A stretch of DNA of 64,000 nucleotides, taken from the NCBI GenBank assembly GCA_965213685.1, contig CBDBZY010000064.1, forward strand, positions 1,344,001-1,408,000, read 5' to 3'. This document shows, piece after piece, positions 40,987-52,279 of this stretch (positions are counted from its first letter, which is position 1; each line of letters starts with the position of its first letter). The stretch comes from a bacterium (lineage in GTDB: Bacteria > UBA8248). Below the pieces are notes generated by a model. That model saw only the letters and a list, made by a program, of their open reading frames with translations, searched no databases and was not told the origin of the DNA. The position numbers and the translations under genes are program-made.

Positions 40987-43900
40987 ATGTCGGATGGGCA
41001 CCCCGAAGGAAACGCCCCTCCCCTCTCAAACTCTCAGATACAGAGGGCCAGAGAAGCAATTACGGTTCTGTCGAGTCTTCCTCTCCGGAACGGCAGGTCA
41101 ACAGGTAAGTCTTACATGATGTTGCAAAAAAACTATTCCAAAAACAGTACCAGCCACCTGGCAGGATTAGACAAGGTTGAATTTTCCAGTAGACAGTAGG
41201 CAGGTTTTGCTATGCATGTGCACAATCAGAACGTAATGATATGCATAGACTATGAAGTATTAGTGGTGTGTGTATAAGGTGGAATGCTTGCATACATCAT
41301 TACTTGCAGTAGGAATAGGTGGGATATAATTATGGATATTAGCTGATTTCCCCCTCTCCCTTATGCTATGTAGCTACATACTTTTGACGTAAAACATGTA
41401 CTTTGTTTTGCTGTGTGGGTGTCAAATTAACAATACTCCACCCTCACAAATGTGATTACTAATGTGCAATGCATATAGTGAGGTACATGCAAAACCTCTG
41501 TGTCCCTTCTATAGTTCCTCTCATGTATACCCAAGGCTGGGTCATTTAGACCACATAGCCCATCCTTAGACATGCAAGAGTGATAGGCAAGTGTGTTTCA
41601 GGTGATAGGTGTGACAGGCACAGCCGTTAAGGTTGGTTGCAGTGGTAAGGAAACCCTATGCTGTGGTTACTTGTACTTACCACATTGCATGCCCATGGGA
41701 AGTACATGTAACACTTATGTCACTTTCCATTTACAAGGCCAGCTCATACAGCCACATAGCCCCACTTTATGCACATGCAAGGGAGGATCTGAGGTGCTAC
41801 ATGTAATAGTGATGGAGGGTGAGAATGAGGCTGTGATAGTGTGGTGATAGGGTGCATGATAGTGGGGGTGGTAGTACAGCTGGAGTAATGCCAGTAGGAG
41901 TAAGCCATATCCCTCCCTCTGCATGAATATTCAGCATAACCAAGTGTTACCTTTATCCCCATGCAATAAGTCGAACTCCTCCAATTATTGTTTAATGTTG
42001 TATTCCAAATAAATATTACAGCTACTAGCTCCCATATAGCTATACTGAAAAAAAAAACAACCCTTGTCGTCCTTACATAAGGTGCCATGCGCAACTCAAC
42101 ACACAATTATTATTGTATATGTATACCCACAGTAACTAAAATCTTATAATTACGGTACAAATGTGTAGTATATCCATTGCCTGGTATCTTATACATAACT
42201 ATCTACATCATGTGTTGTTAGGTGTAATTGTAAGACTCTACTAAACAAGGTATACACATTCTATTGCATGACATTGTGAAAAATGTAACATCTAGATGCC
42301 GTGGTTTGTATGCATGTAGTCATACATCATCAAGTACTAGCAATATGTACACATTACAGCTGTTTCCACCATTTTTCTGCTAAAAGTGAGCTGTGACTAT
42401 TCAAGTATGGTTTGTATTCTAAGTCTGTACTACAGTACAATGTGTAGGCAGTGGATGGTCTACATGAGTGATGAGAGTTGATACCCTCAAAGACAGACGC
42501 CCCCTCTTGAATAAATGCCGGGACCCATTTAAACACCAGGTCAACATGTACACTGTCATGAGAGAAATAGGCACCCAGGCATCTATTCAAGATATTTTTT
42601 TCTCAGCTGCATGCTGAGACTGGGAGTGTGTATATTTTTTGTACCCTGTTGTTGTGGTGTTCAAAGGCAGTAAATAGCTTGGGCTTTAATTACTTCCTGC
42701 CCTCAGTGTATATTCCATACGGCCCGGACTACCGTGGTATAACCAGTACATAAGCCTTTGAGGCTGTTGTAAATTTTCAGTGATTGTTTACTTCTTTCTT
42801 TTCTGTCTTCCTTGTCTTCTTTTCCTTCCTTCTTCCTTTTAATGTAGTGTAATAATTGTTCCTTTTGTAATTACTTATAATTAGACACAACAGTAGTGTA
42901 TGAAGGTTCTCTGGAATGTTACATAAATATGTCACCTGAAGGAAGTTGATAATCATTTTCTCACTTACTTTCTTGAACCACATGAACTCCATTCTTACAC
43001 AGGAAGTGGAGCATCTGTGCAACCTTCTGTTCCACCACGATAACCCTCCACATAACAGACCTTTCCACTTCGAGTCATCTGCATCAACAAGCCATTCTGC
43101 AGCTTTACACATGTCATCCCACTTTGATGTATCCCTACCCAGAGCAGAGTCTGGAGGTAAAGTTAAATTAGTAAATATGAATGTGAATTTAATTACCACA
43201 CGTATGTTCACTAAGTAGTTGTTATCCACAGGTATTCAAGGTCGATGTGATGAAGCACTCTCTCGACTTCAGAACATAAGAGCATGCAGGAAGACAAGAC
43301 ACGAGAAGTAATTTCAGAAGTGAAGCTCGTGCTATGTTACAACAAGCCCAGAAGCGTCGTGGCTCCATCCCAAAAAAGGGTGGCAAACGAAGGAAGATTG
43401 TTTGGAAGCATAATTTTTTTTGCTTGGCATACATGTACGTAGGTCAAAATCAATTGCCAACCACTGAAAAGGATAAAAATGAATTATTTGAAGCAGGCCT
43501 TGGTGAGAAAGAAATTGAATTTGAGCAGTTGGATCTTTCTCCAGAGGAATTTCGGAAAATAATCATTGACAATTTCCCACAGTTAGGAGATGCTGGTGGA
43601 TACCAATTCTGTAAGTGCATTCCCAATTCACGAAAATTTGAGCCTCTTTCAAGCCAAGTGATGGCATCACCACTCTTGCTACGGCAACGTGTGGGTACAG
43701 CACGTACCTTATTGTACCACTTCAAAAAGATCTAGATTTAACTCCACTTGATGCTCCACGCACTTTTGTGAGTTTCTTTAAAGATGTATCATTCTGGCAT
43801 GAATACCAACTACATCTTATTGCTACATATACAAGTTGTATTGTAAATGGCTTAGTGTATTTGTTTATGTTTAGATCTATTCTTTCATTACTGCAATAGC

Positions 43901-46169
43901 TTACAGAGACATGTCTTAGGTGTGGCATGGAAGTGGAGTTTGCTAGACTTTCGGAACATATTGCAACATGCCAGTGAGTGTGTGTGTATACATAAACTGT
44001 CTGTAGTTTATACACTCTATTACAAGTCATCTCTGTTCTGCTTAGGACTCACCCACCAGAGACTAGATCGAATGAGGCACTTGATAGTGATGATGACTTT
44101 CAGGCTTTGCCACCTTGGCCAACCACTGTGGAGAGAGAGAGCTCTACTGTACATTCTAATCAGTGTAATGTTAATGAAAGGTAAGAGTGGATCATGTACT
44201 GCATAAATATAATTATTGACATTGTGGGCTGTTATATGGTTTGTGTTTTTGCAATGATAGAATTTACGTTAACAGTGACTTTTATATTCTCTTAGACCAG
44301 CTGAACACATAGACCTAACTGGAGACGAAGCAGCTACAGAAAATGATATTGTTAATGCTGTAAAAGAAGAAAGTCTGTGTGAAGCATACGGTCCACAGGC
44401 TCCTCCATATAGTCCATTCACACCTATTGACTTGGAGTAAGTGACAAATAACCTTTAGTTTGTACACAAGAACACATGGAGTCATATGCACTCCTATGTA
44501 CTGACATGTTTCAGATATACATGCTTCCATATTCATAGGTTGGTTAATGAAACCACCCCACAAAACCTCCCTGATTTAATTAAGATACTGGAACAAAAAA
44601 TACTTGCTGAAGAAGTCTCCATTCTTGTGAGAAGAGATCACGTACTGGAAGATGCCATTGGAAGTATGAAACGAAAGAATTTTCCATTTGATCGTAAGTT
44701 AAAGGTAGGAATGCAGTATGCATATATTTCCTTGATGCTGCAGGTACCATCATTATTTTGGCTGTACATGTTACTAGGTGCAGTTTCTTGGGGAAGTTGG
44801 TGAGGATGAGGGTGGTCCTAGAAGAGAGTTCTGAGCACTACTGGGAAAAGAAGTTAAACTCCTTTTTTGAAGGAGAAGGGTCCAAACGTTTCTTGAGATA
44901 CGATTCATTGTTTTTGCAGGTGCATGTTTTCTTCTCATACACCTCCATTTCCTCCTCCTCCTCCTCCTCTTCTTCTTCCTTCTCCTCTTCTTCCTTCTCC
45001 TCCTCTTTATCCTCCTCCACCTCCTCCTCCTCACCCTCCTCCTCCTCCTCCTCACCCTCCTCCTCCTCCCCCTTCTTCTTCTCCTCCTCCTCCTCCTCCT
45101 CCTTTTCCTCCTCTTCATCCTCCTCTCTTTGCGTCCTTCTCCATTTCCTATTCTTACAAATTATACCTTTGCTATTTTTGATAGACAAACTGGTACTTCT
45201 GCATTGGAAATCTGATGGCCATGAGTGTGGTTCATGGAGGAAGTGGCTTCCAATTCATGGCTCCACCAATGTACAAGTATCTGTGTGAAAGTGAAATACC
45301 ATTAATTAGTATGGAAATTGATGACATACCCAACGCTTGGCATCTTCTACAAGAGGTAAATTTAAAGCAACAATTACATTGCAACCAATATTAAATAATT
45401 TATTCCAATAGATTGAGCAGGCTTGTGACAACACAACACTTCAACAGATCTGCTCAAACAGCATGGATGTTTTTTTTAGATTCAGGTTACAGCAAACTTG
45501 TTACCTCCATAAGTGTGGACACAGAAGACGAACTTGTCCACTCCCTAAAATTTCACTATACACTCTACCGTACCAAAGCAGCACTAGACCAAGTAAAGTC
45601 TGGCTTGAGCATTCTTGACGTGAACAAGGCCATGTCTACCTATCCTGACATATTCAAAGATAATTTTCTACACACAAGCAATCTTCTCACTGCAGGTAAG
45701 CCGAGAGGACTGTAAATGTTTTTTTTTGAGTAGGAATAAATGTCCTATGGCTGGAACATTGAAATGTGTTCTATATACACCTACAGAAACTATCAAAAAT
45801 CTGATTAAAGAGGTGCACTTTTCAGAGAGGGGGTCAAATGAGAGGCTGAAGGAGGAGGCAACTTTCATGTTATTCATGGACCTACTCCATAACTTTGAAG
45901 GTAATACTGAGGTCTTGTTCACTTGCTATAATGTTTTTATTTGATTACGTCTTCACCTGCAGATGGAGAAGTCCCAGACACTTCCCTTGAAATAGTTCTT
46001 AGCTTTTTTACTGGAGCAGAAAATGTACCTCCATTAGGGTTTGAAAGGGACGTGGAAGTATGGTTCAATCATGAGAGCCAATTTCCTATGGCTTCATAAT
46101 CAGGCAGACCTCTTCCAAGAGAAGATGGTTTATGCCCTACATAACCATGGAGGCTTTGGGCTGTTTTAA
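40987..46169 (+). pseudogene. G2E3-like HECT-domain E3 ubiquitin ligase pseudogene, multi-exon; exon 1 assignment tentative
   Basis: Exons give LFEAGLGEKEIEF...FPQLGDAGGYQF; CLRCGMEVEFARLSEHIATC; VRRDHVLEDA; VQFLGEVGEDEGGPRREF* (TGA at 44832); IGNLMAMSVVHGGSG; LDQVKSGL; LSFFTGAENVPPLGF; PMAS...HGGFGLF*. Several frameshifts and a deletion where the catalytic Cys is expected. Confidence 0.85.
44950..45127. repeat. (TCC/TTC)n polypyrimidine microsatellite inside a HECT intron
   Basis: Direct reading; it explains the poly-S, poly-P, poly-E and poly-R ORFs in the track. Confidence 0.95.
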
Positions 46170-46431
46170 TTAGTCTGTACATGGCAATGAATTAGTAATT
46201 GTATACAGTGTAAATGAATTTGTTGACAAGGACATAAAGTCATTAGTGCTCTGGACATTCTCTTCAATGCAACAAATATGGCACGTGGTACATTAAGTTC
46301 AGTGAAAGATATATGCGTTTGGAGCACTCAGTAGCACTCTGCTAAAGCCTCTTGGCATTCCGTACTATATGACGCCAAAGTTATGGCGCATGATAAAAGC
46401 GTTAAAATATTAGCTACCGCCTGCGTTTACA

Positions 46432-46992
46432 TTAAGGCAGGACGACCCTAAGACATGATTTTGCCTGATTTATTTTTTTAAATATATTCTCCTAATGATG
46501 CCTGTTAGCGAAATAACGTAGTTTGGCGTGATATGTCGGTTCATAGAATTATAAAATTTACGCAATATGCATATCGCTAATTATAGAAAAAAAAATTGCC
46601 AATAACGGCTAATGCTACAGAGACGAAACTTTGGTGGATGATTACTAAGCATGTTGGCTATCTAAGTTTACTTTAAAAATTCGTGCTAAATCTTTCTTTC
46701 TAGACATATAATCGTTTCTTCGTGCTGCGGAATTTAGAAAAACGGTAGCAAATTCTGCCGTAAAGTAGCAAGCCAAGCCTCGAGCAACCCATTGCGCATA
46801 AACTAATTCACTCCCCTTTGGCGAGCATCCACCTCTTCACCGGTTGGCGCCACACAGCGCCGCACATCCAACGGTAGCGGGAAACATGAATCTTTTCAAA
46901 GAATTGCTGTCGTTTTAGCGTTGGTAAATGTAGGGGGAAAGCGACGGTAGAGTAATTGACGAAGAACGCAATCATGACTCGCCCTCCCTTAA
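46432..46992. mobile_element. Second copy of the TTAA-flanked Kolobok-like element
   Basis: ttaa|ggcaggacgacc ... gactcgccctccc|ttaa; colinear with 9780-10366. Confidence 0.8.
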
Positions 46993-47224
46993 TAACGCAT
47001 GGGCTTATTAGTTTCTCCCTTCCTGGAGCGGCAATCACTCGTCCAATCTGGAGGTGATTGTCATAACAACGCATCGTTTCCAAATTCACATCCATTCTCT
47101 GTAAGCAACACTCAATTGTAGCAGACGAGCACACGATTTCAAATTGGCACTCGATTTCAAAATCGGCCTTCGATTTCAACCGGCACTCATTTTCACCGCG
47201 GGTTTTCGATACATAACGGGACTC

Positions 47225-47865
47225 GTTGTTATTGCGTGTACGGTTGTGCCGACGAGCAGAGGATGGCCGAGTGCCAGTTAATTTTCGTCGCTTCTTTTGT
47301 GGCACAGGTCAGAGGCGTCATGTTCTATGGGCTGCAGTTGTATGGGGCTAGGCAGGGAGAGCATGTTGTGCTGGTTAGGAGGCCTAACAACCGTACGACA
47401 GCAACTGTTTGGAAGTGAAACTGGTGCGGAGTCTAATGTCCTTTGTGCTGGGTCACCTGGCGGCGGAAGTTGCTGTGCACCTATCTCCGTTGCTGTGTGA
47501 TGCTCCTCCATGTGTTACATGTTCTGGAGGTCATGACATTCCGTGACGTCACGTTCACTGCTTTGAAATGTACACCACGCTCAACGTAGGGTCTCGAAAA
47601 TGGCCGCCGAAAGTAGCGTTTTAGCACAGAAGACTCGCTTGCGGAGATACGCTTCGAGGGTACTATCGGAGGTGAGTATGCGATGAAAATATGAGGACGT
47701 AGGATGTTCCATGCAAAGTAACTACAAAACCTGCGCATTTCCCGAGCCTAACGGAAGAGGCCCTCAAAAACCATCGTTTTCTTTCACCGTAGGGAAATAG
47801 TTGGGATTTGCTTCACGATAGTGGGTCCACATATAGCCCCTTAGGGTAGAAGTGTTATGTTGCAT
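47225..47865. mobile_element. Internal part and one arm of the CAGTG foldback family
   Basis: Colinear with 18370-19015. Confidence 0.75.
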
Positions 47866-48033
47866 GCCTAACATTAAATTTGGGGAACAAAATCATACCG
47901 TTTCTTGTGGTATCCTTGAGTTTCCAATTAGAACGGGTAAGTGATGATCCTCAATGACAGTTATACACTACTGTTACTGATTATTTCCTTTGAGTAATTC
48001 AACGGTGGAGTTACCCTTAATTAAGACATTCAC

Positions 48034-50275
48034 TATGGAACGCCAAATGCGACTAACAAAATCCAACCGCGTTACATTATCCCCCGCGTTTCTGCATCGT
48101 GCGGTGAATCGGCGAATCGATTGGCGAGTGGATTAGTGAACCGTTTAGCAAACCATAGCTATGAGCAAACCGATCAGCGAACCCATTGGCATATCGATCG
48201 GCCAGTCGATCAGTGAATTGAGGATATGTTCTGCACAATGCTCTCTGATATTCCACATGAATGTACAGTGTCTCCTGATGAAGTTTTGTACCTAATAAAA
48301 TGCCTCAATGTGAAATAGGCAAATGGTGTAGATGGAATATCAGCATATATGCTCAAAGCAACAGCTGAAAGCATAGCTTCTCCTCTAGCAAAAGTGTTTA
48401 GCCTGTCTCTCTCTTCTGGAAAGTTTCCTACGCTGTGGAAGTCAGCTCGTGTTGTTCCCATCCTAAAGTCAGGCAACAGATCAGATGTATCTAACTACAG
48501 ACCAATTTCTCTGCTACATATTGTTAGCAAGATGCTGGAAAGATATGTGTACACGTTACTTTGGGATCATCTGATCAATCATGCTCCTCTCTCTGTCAAT
48601 CAATGGGGCTTTCAATCAGGAAGGTCCACTGTAACATCTCTACTTGCAACTACTCATGATTGGCATAGATTTCTGGATCAGCGGAAGGATGTCATGTGCG
48701 TTTTCTTTGACTTTCGGAAAGCCTTCGATACTGTTCCCCATCGCAGACTCATGACAAGACTGATTGAACTTGGAATACACGCTACTCTTTTAGCTTGGCT
48801 GTGTAGCTACCTGAGCAGAAGATGTCAACGTGTTGTTGTAAATGGACAATCCTCTTCTTCCAAATATGTACTATCAGGTGTACCACAAGGTTCTGTTTTA
48901 GGGCCATTACTATTCCTCATATACATAGACACAATCCTCTCCCTAGAGTTCTCTGAAAGTTCAAAGATATCCCTTTATGCTGACGATGTATTACTGTACA
49001 AACCCATTGTTACTAGTTCCTCCTTTCATGAGCTTCAGGTAGACATCAACAACATCTCTATGTGGACGTCAATTAATCTGATGTCTCTGAATACTGAGAA
49101 GTGCAAATGTATGCTGTTAACAAATAAAAGGAGTTCAGACCACCCACCACTTTTGCTGAACAATCAAAATCTTGAACAGGTAAAACAATACAAATATCTT
49201 GGTGTTACCATTTCATCTAACCTTCGCTGGTCCCCACATATTGAGCGAATTTGCAAATCTGCAAGAAAGAAGTTGGGAATAATTTATAGAAACTTTTCAC
49301 ACACTTCCTCATCACCCCACATTATTCTACAGCCGTATTTGTCGCTCGTTCGTCCATCACTTGAGTATGCTTCTCAGGTCTGTGACCCCCACTCATCAAA
49401 GGATGTTAAGGTTCTTGAGAACATTCAAAAGTTTGCTTTGAGGATTGCCACAAAACAGTATTATGCAAGATATGAAATTTTACTTGACACTTTTCAGCTT
49501 CCATCTTTGGAAAACAGAAGGAGCTTCTTATCATTATGTGCATTTTTTAGTATTGTAAACGATTTTGTTTATTTTCCTCCAGTAGAGGGCACACCAAAAC
49601 CTCTGCAAACTCACCACCCTCATAGGCACCACCATCGCCGAGCACTTATGGTCCCTTTTGCCAACCATGCCACTTTGTTCTCCACATTTCTTTTTAAATG
49701 TGCTAAACTTTGGAACAACCTACCTCATGATGCTGTCTCAGCCACTAATATACATACTTTTAAGTTACTTATATCACCTTTATTTTCTTAATGTATTCAT
49801 TGCTTTGGTTACACTTGTATATTAGCTTACAGCTATTAGTGCTGCCTTGCCATGTGCAGAAAGTTATTATAAAAAAAATAAAAAATAAAAAATAAATTAT
49901 TTGGCGAATCGATCTATCTACGTACCACGCCCACCGGATACGGCACTCGGCCTGTACAGGAACCTTTGCCGATCGATTCGCTGATTGTTTCGCCAAATGA
50001 TTCGCTGGTCGATTGGCCGATCGATTTGCCAATCGGTTCGCTGATCGGTTTTGCTAAACCATTCACTGATCGATTCGCCAATCGATTCGGTAATTGATTT
50101 GTCAATCGATTAGTTAACCGATTTACTAATGGATTCGCTGATCGATTCGCCAATCGATTCGCCGATTTTCCACATGACGATCTCTTACAGAAACGCAGTG
50201 GGATACCTGGGATAATGATCGTAACGCAGTTCAGTTGAATTTTATTACTTATTTTTGTCGCATTTGCGTTCCATA
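48034..50275. mobile_element. Non-autonomous DNA transposon with TAT...ATA termini and 6-bp TSD (IS3EU-like), interrupted by a LINE
   Basis: attcac|tatggaacgccaaatgcgac ... gtcgcatttgcgttccata|attcac; subterminal arrays of about 12-bp units (gcgaatcgattg-like) in opposite orientation at the two ends. Confidence 0.75.
48349..49791 (+). CDS. Reverse transcriptase ORF of a 5'-truncated CR1/L2-group LINE (element about 48212-49896 with A-rich tail)
   Basis: 480-aa open frame with NYRPISLL, QWGFQSGRST, FFDFRKAFDTVPH, GVPQGSVLGPLLF, YADD, KYLGV; A-rich tail 49871-49896. Confidence 0.92.
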   Translation: MLKATAESIASPLAKVFSLSLSSGKFPTLWKSARVVPILKSGNRSDVSNYRPISLLHIVSKMLERYVYTLLWDHLINHAPLSVNQWGFQSGRSTVTSLLATTHDWHRFLDQRKDVMCVFFDFRKAFDTVPHRRLMTRLIELGIHATLLAWLCSYLSRRCQRVVVNGQSSSSKYVLSGVPQGSVLGPLLFLIYIDTILSLEFSESSKISLYADDVLLYKPIVTSSSFHELQVDINNISMWTSINLMSLNTEKCKCMLLTNKRSSDHPPLLLNNQNLEQVKQYKYLGVTISSNLRWSPHIERICKSARKKLGIIYRNFSHTSSSPHIILQPYLSLVRPSLEYASQVCDPHSSKDVKVLENIQKFALRIATKQYYARYEILLDTFQLPSLENRRSFLSLCAFFSIVNDFVYFPPVEGTPKPLQTHHPHRHHHRRALMVPFANHATLFSTFLFKCAKLWNNLPHDAVSATNIHTFKLLISPLFS

Positions 50276-50339
50276 ATTCACTGATAGTAGATCACTGGTT
50301 TTTCACTTATGGCAGAAAGTATGCAAGGAGCTCAGGTGT

Positions 50340-52120
50340 TTTCTCCAACCAGGAAGATAAAAGCAAAACATCATCCGCAAACATTAATGTACTTACCATT
50401 TAGTTGAGCTCCAGCGTGGTTGCCCAATACTTCTGATTCCAGATCGCTTATGAATAGGCTGAATAGTAATGGGCTAAGATTAAATCCTTGTTGCACACCT
50501 TTCTGACATGAGAGTGGCTCTGTACTCTCACATCTGGATACTGACTCACAATACTGCCTTGAGGTACACTGATTGGATTACTTTTAGGCACTGCTGACAT
50601 AATCCATAGTAAATTGTGGTTCACATTATCAAAAGCTTTTGCTGAGAGCTGTCTTTTGTAAGTTAGCTGGATGAGACTGTTAAAGATAGAGACAATCAGG
50701 TGTTCTCTGAACCTTCTGAAAACCAAATTGTGTTTAGGGTAGTATACTTCTCATTTCAGCCCGGTCATTTAGTCTGTTGTGCAACACTGTAGTGAACAGC
50801 TTTCCAATAGAATTGAATAATGTTATTGCTGTATAATTATTAGGGTCACCTTTGGCACCAGACTTGTGAAAAGGGCATATAACTCCATTAGGCCAAGATG
50901 CAGGATACTCACCAGTGCTCAAGACACAATTGGTAAGAAGGTTGACAAGTCATTATTTGAAAGCTTTATGAACACCTGGTGGGATTCCATCATCACCTGG
51001 TGATTTGCTTGAGTTCATACTATGAACTGCGTACATGATTTCTTCACTCTGTATTGTCATCCAGTTCTGGTACATAAAGTCATTCATTGGTAGGATATGC
51101 TGGTTCTAACCTCCAACAGAGATTTATAACATTAATTTTACTGCTTGAAGTGTGATAGCAGCGTCTTGGGATCAAGAGTGCAATTTTGCAGTACAATGTT
51201 CCAGAAGTCACTCAGTCTTCTGGTGACTGTACTAAGTAATTCTTTATGCAGTTTCAAACGTAGACCCAACTTGTACTTGATAAGCTCCTTCTCATCTATA
51301 GAATTCTTCTCTCACATCATTATCCATTGGTTTTTCTAGAAACATTATTCTAGCAACACTTTGTTTTTTGCAGTCATTAATCAAGTCATTTGTTGCATGG
51401 AAATATTTGACTTTCACCTTTTGTTGAAGCAGTGTGATGGATTGGTTTGTTTGATTTATGTACACTGCACATTCATTCACCATCATCTTCAGCACATTTG
51501 TCATTCTTTCTGCTGCCACATTAATGTTAACTGTGTCAGTGATCTCATCTAAATCAGTTATTTGTTGGTAGTGTTCTCTTCGGTTTTCTTTTGAACTTCA
51601 CACATTTTTCTTAATTCCATGTAAGAGGCCGAGCCAGATGTTGAAATGGTTTTTCACATTCTTCTTGCATTTTCTCCTGTGTCTGGGCAATAAAGAATGC
51701 TCTACAGCGAACGCAGTGATCCGAATATGTTTCCAGGCTGGCAAGACAGAAATGAGATATGTTGTCAGGTGATACAATGAGATAATCTACCACACAGCCC
51801 TCATGGTTTATAACATGTGTATTTTTGCTCTTTATTTCCTGCATGCCTTCCATTAACAATCCTCATCCTAGAGCTGATACATAGGTCAAGCAGGCTTCTG
51901 CCTCTTGTGTTCACTGACCTATTCTTTAATACTCTAGGCTCCTCCTTGTGTCTATGAAATAATTTATGCATGTATAGGTGACTGGAATTATTTCTGAATC
52001 ATATCTTAAGAATGTAGTCAGTAATATTCTGGCATTCAGATTTCCACACAAGAGGTTGCTTTCTTTCATCCTTCAAACACTTGCCACTGTGAATTTTCAC
52101 ACACTGTTGCCATTGAGTCA
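50340..52120 (-). mobile_element. Decayed inverted partial copy of the adjacent RTE-X-like LINE
   Basis: TGEYPASWPNGVICPFHKSGAKGDPNNY...IGKLFTTVLHNRL, KAFDNVNHNLLW and CLASLETYSDHC all match the plus-strand copy. Confidence 0.85.
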
Positions 52121-52279
52121 ACTGGGTTAATTGTATGTCCTGAAATCATTGAGTCAATTGTATGCCCTGAAGTGCAATACATGCTAACAACACTCAGTGC
52201 ATATGCCACATGCTCAGATGTACATATATGTACTCTATTGTGGTCAGAAAAGAGGTACCCTTAATAACACACACAGAAA

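Noticed and set aside
44832-44834. In-frame TGA in the HECT domain as selenocysteine or readthrough
   Set aside because: It falls at a likely Trp position (TGG to TGA) and the gene also has frameshifts and a deletion.
44758-45288. Poly-Ser, poly-Glu, poly-Arg and poly-Pro ORFs
   Set aside because: All are translations of one intronic (TCC)n microsatellite.
49769-50153. ORFs with ANRS/ANRL repeats
   Set aside because: Translations of the 12-bp subterminal array of the DNA element.
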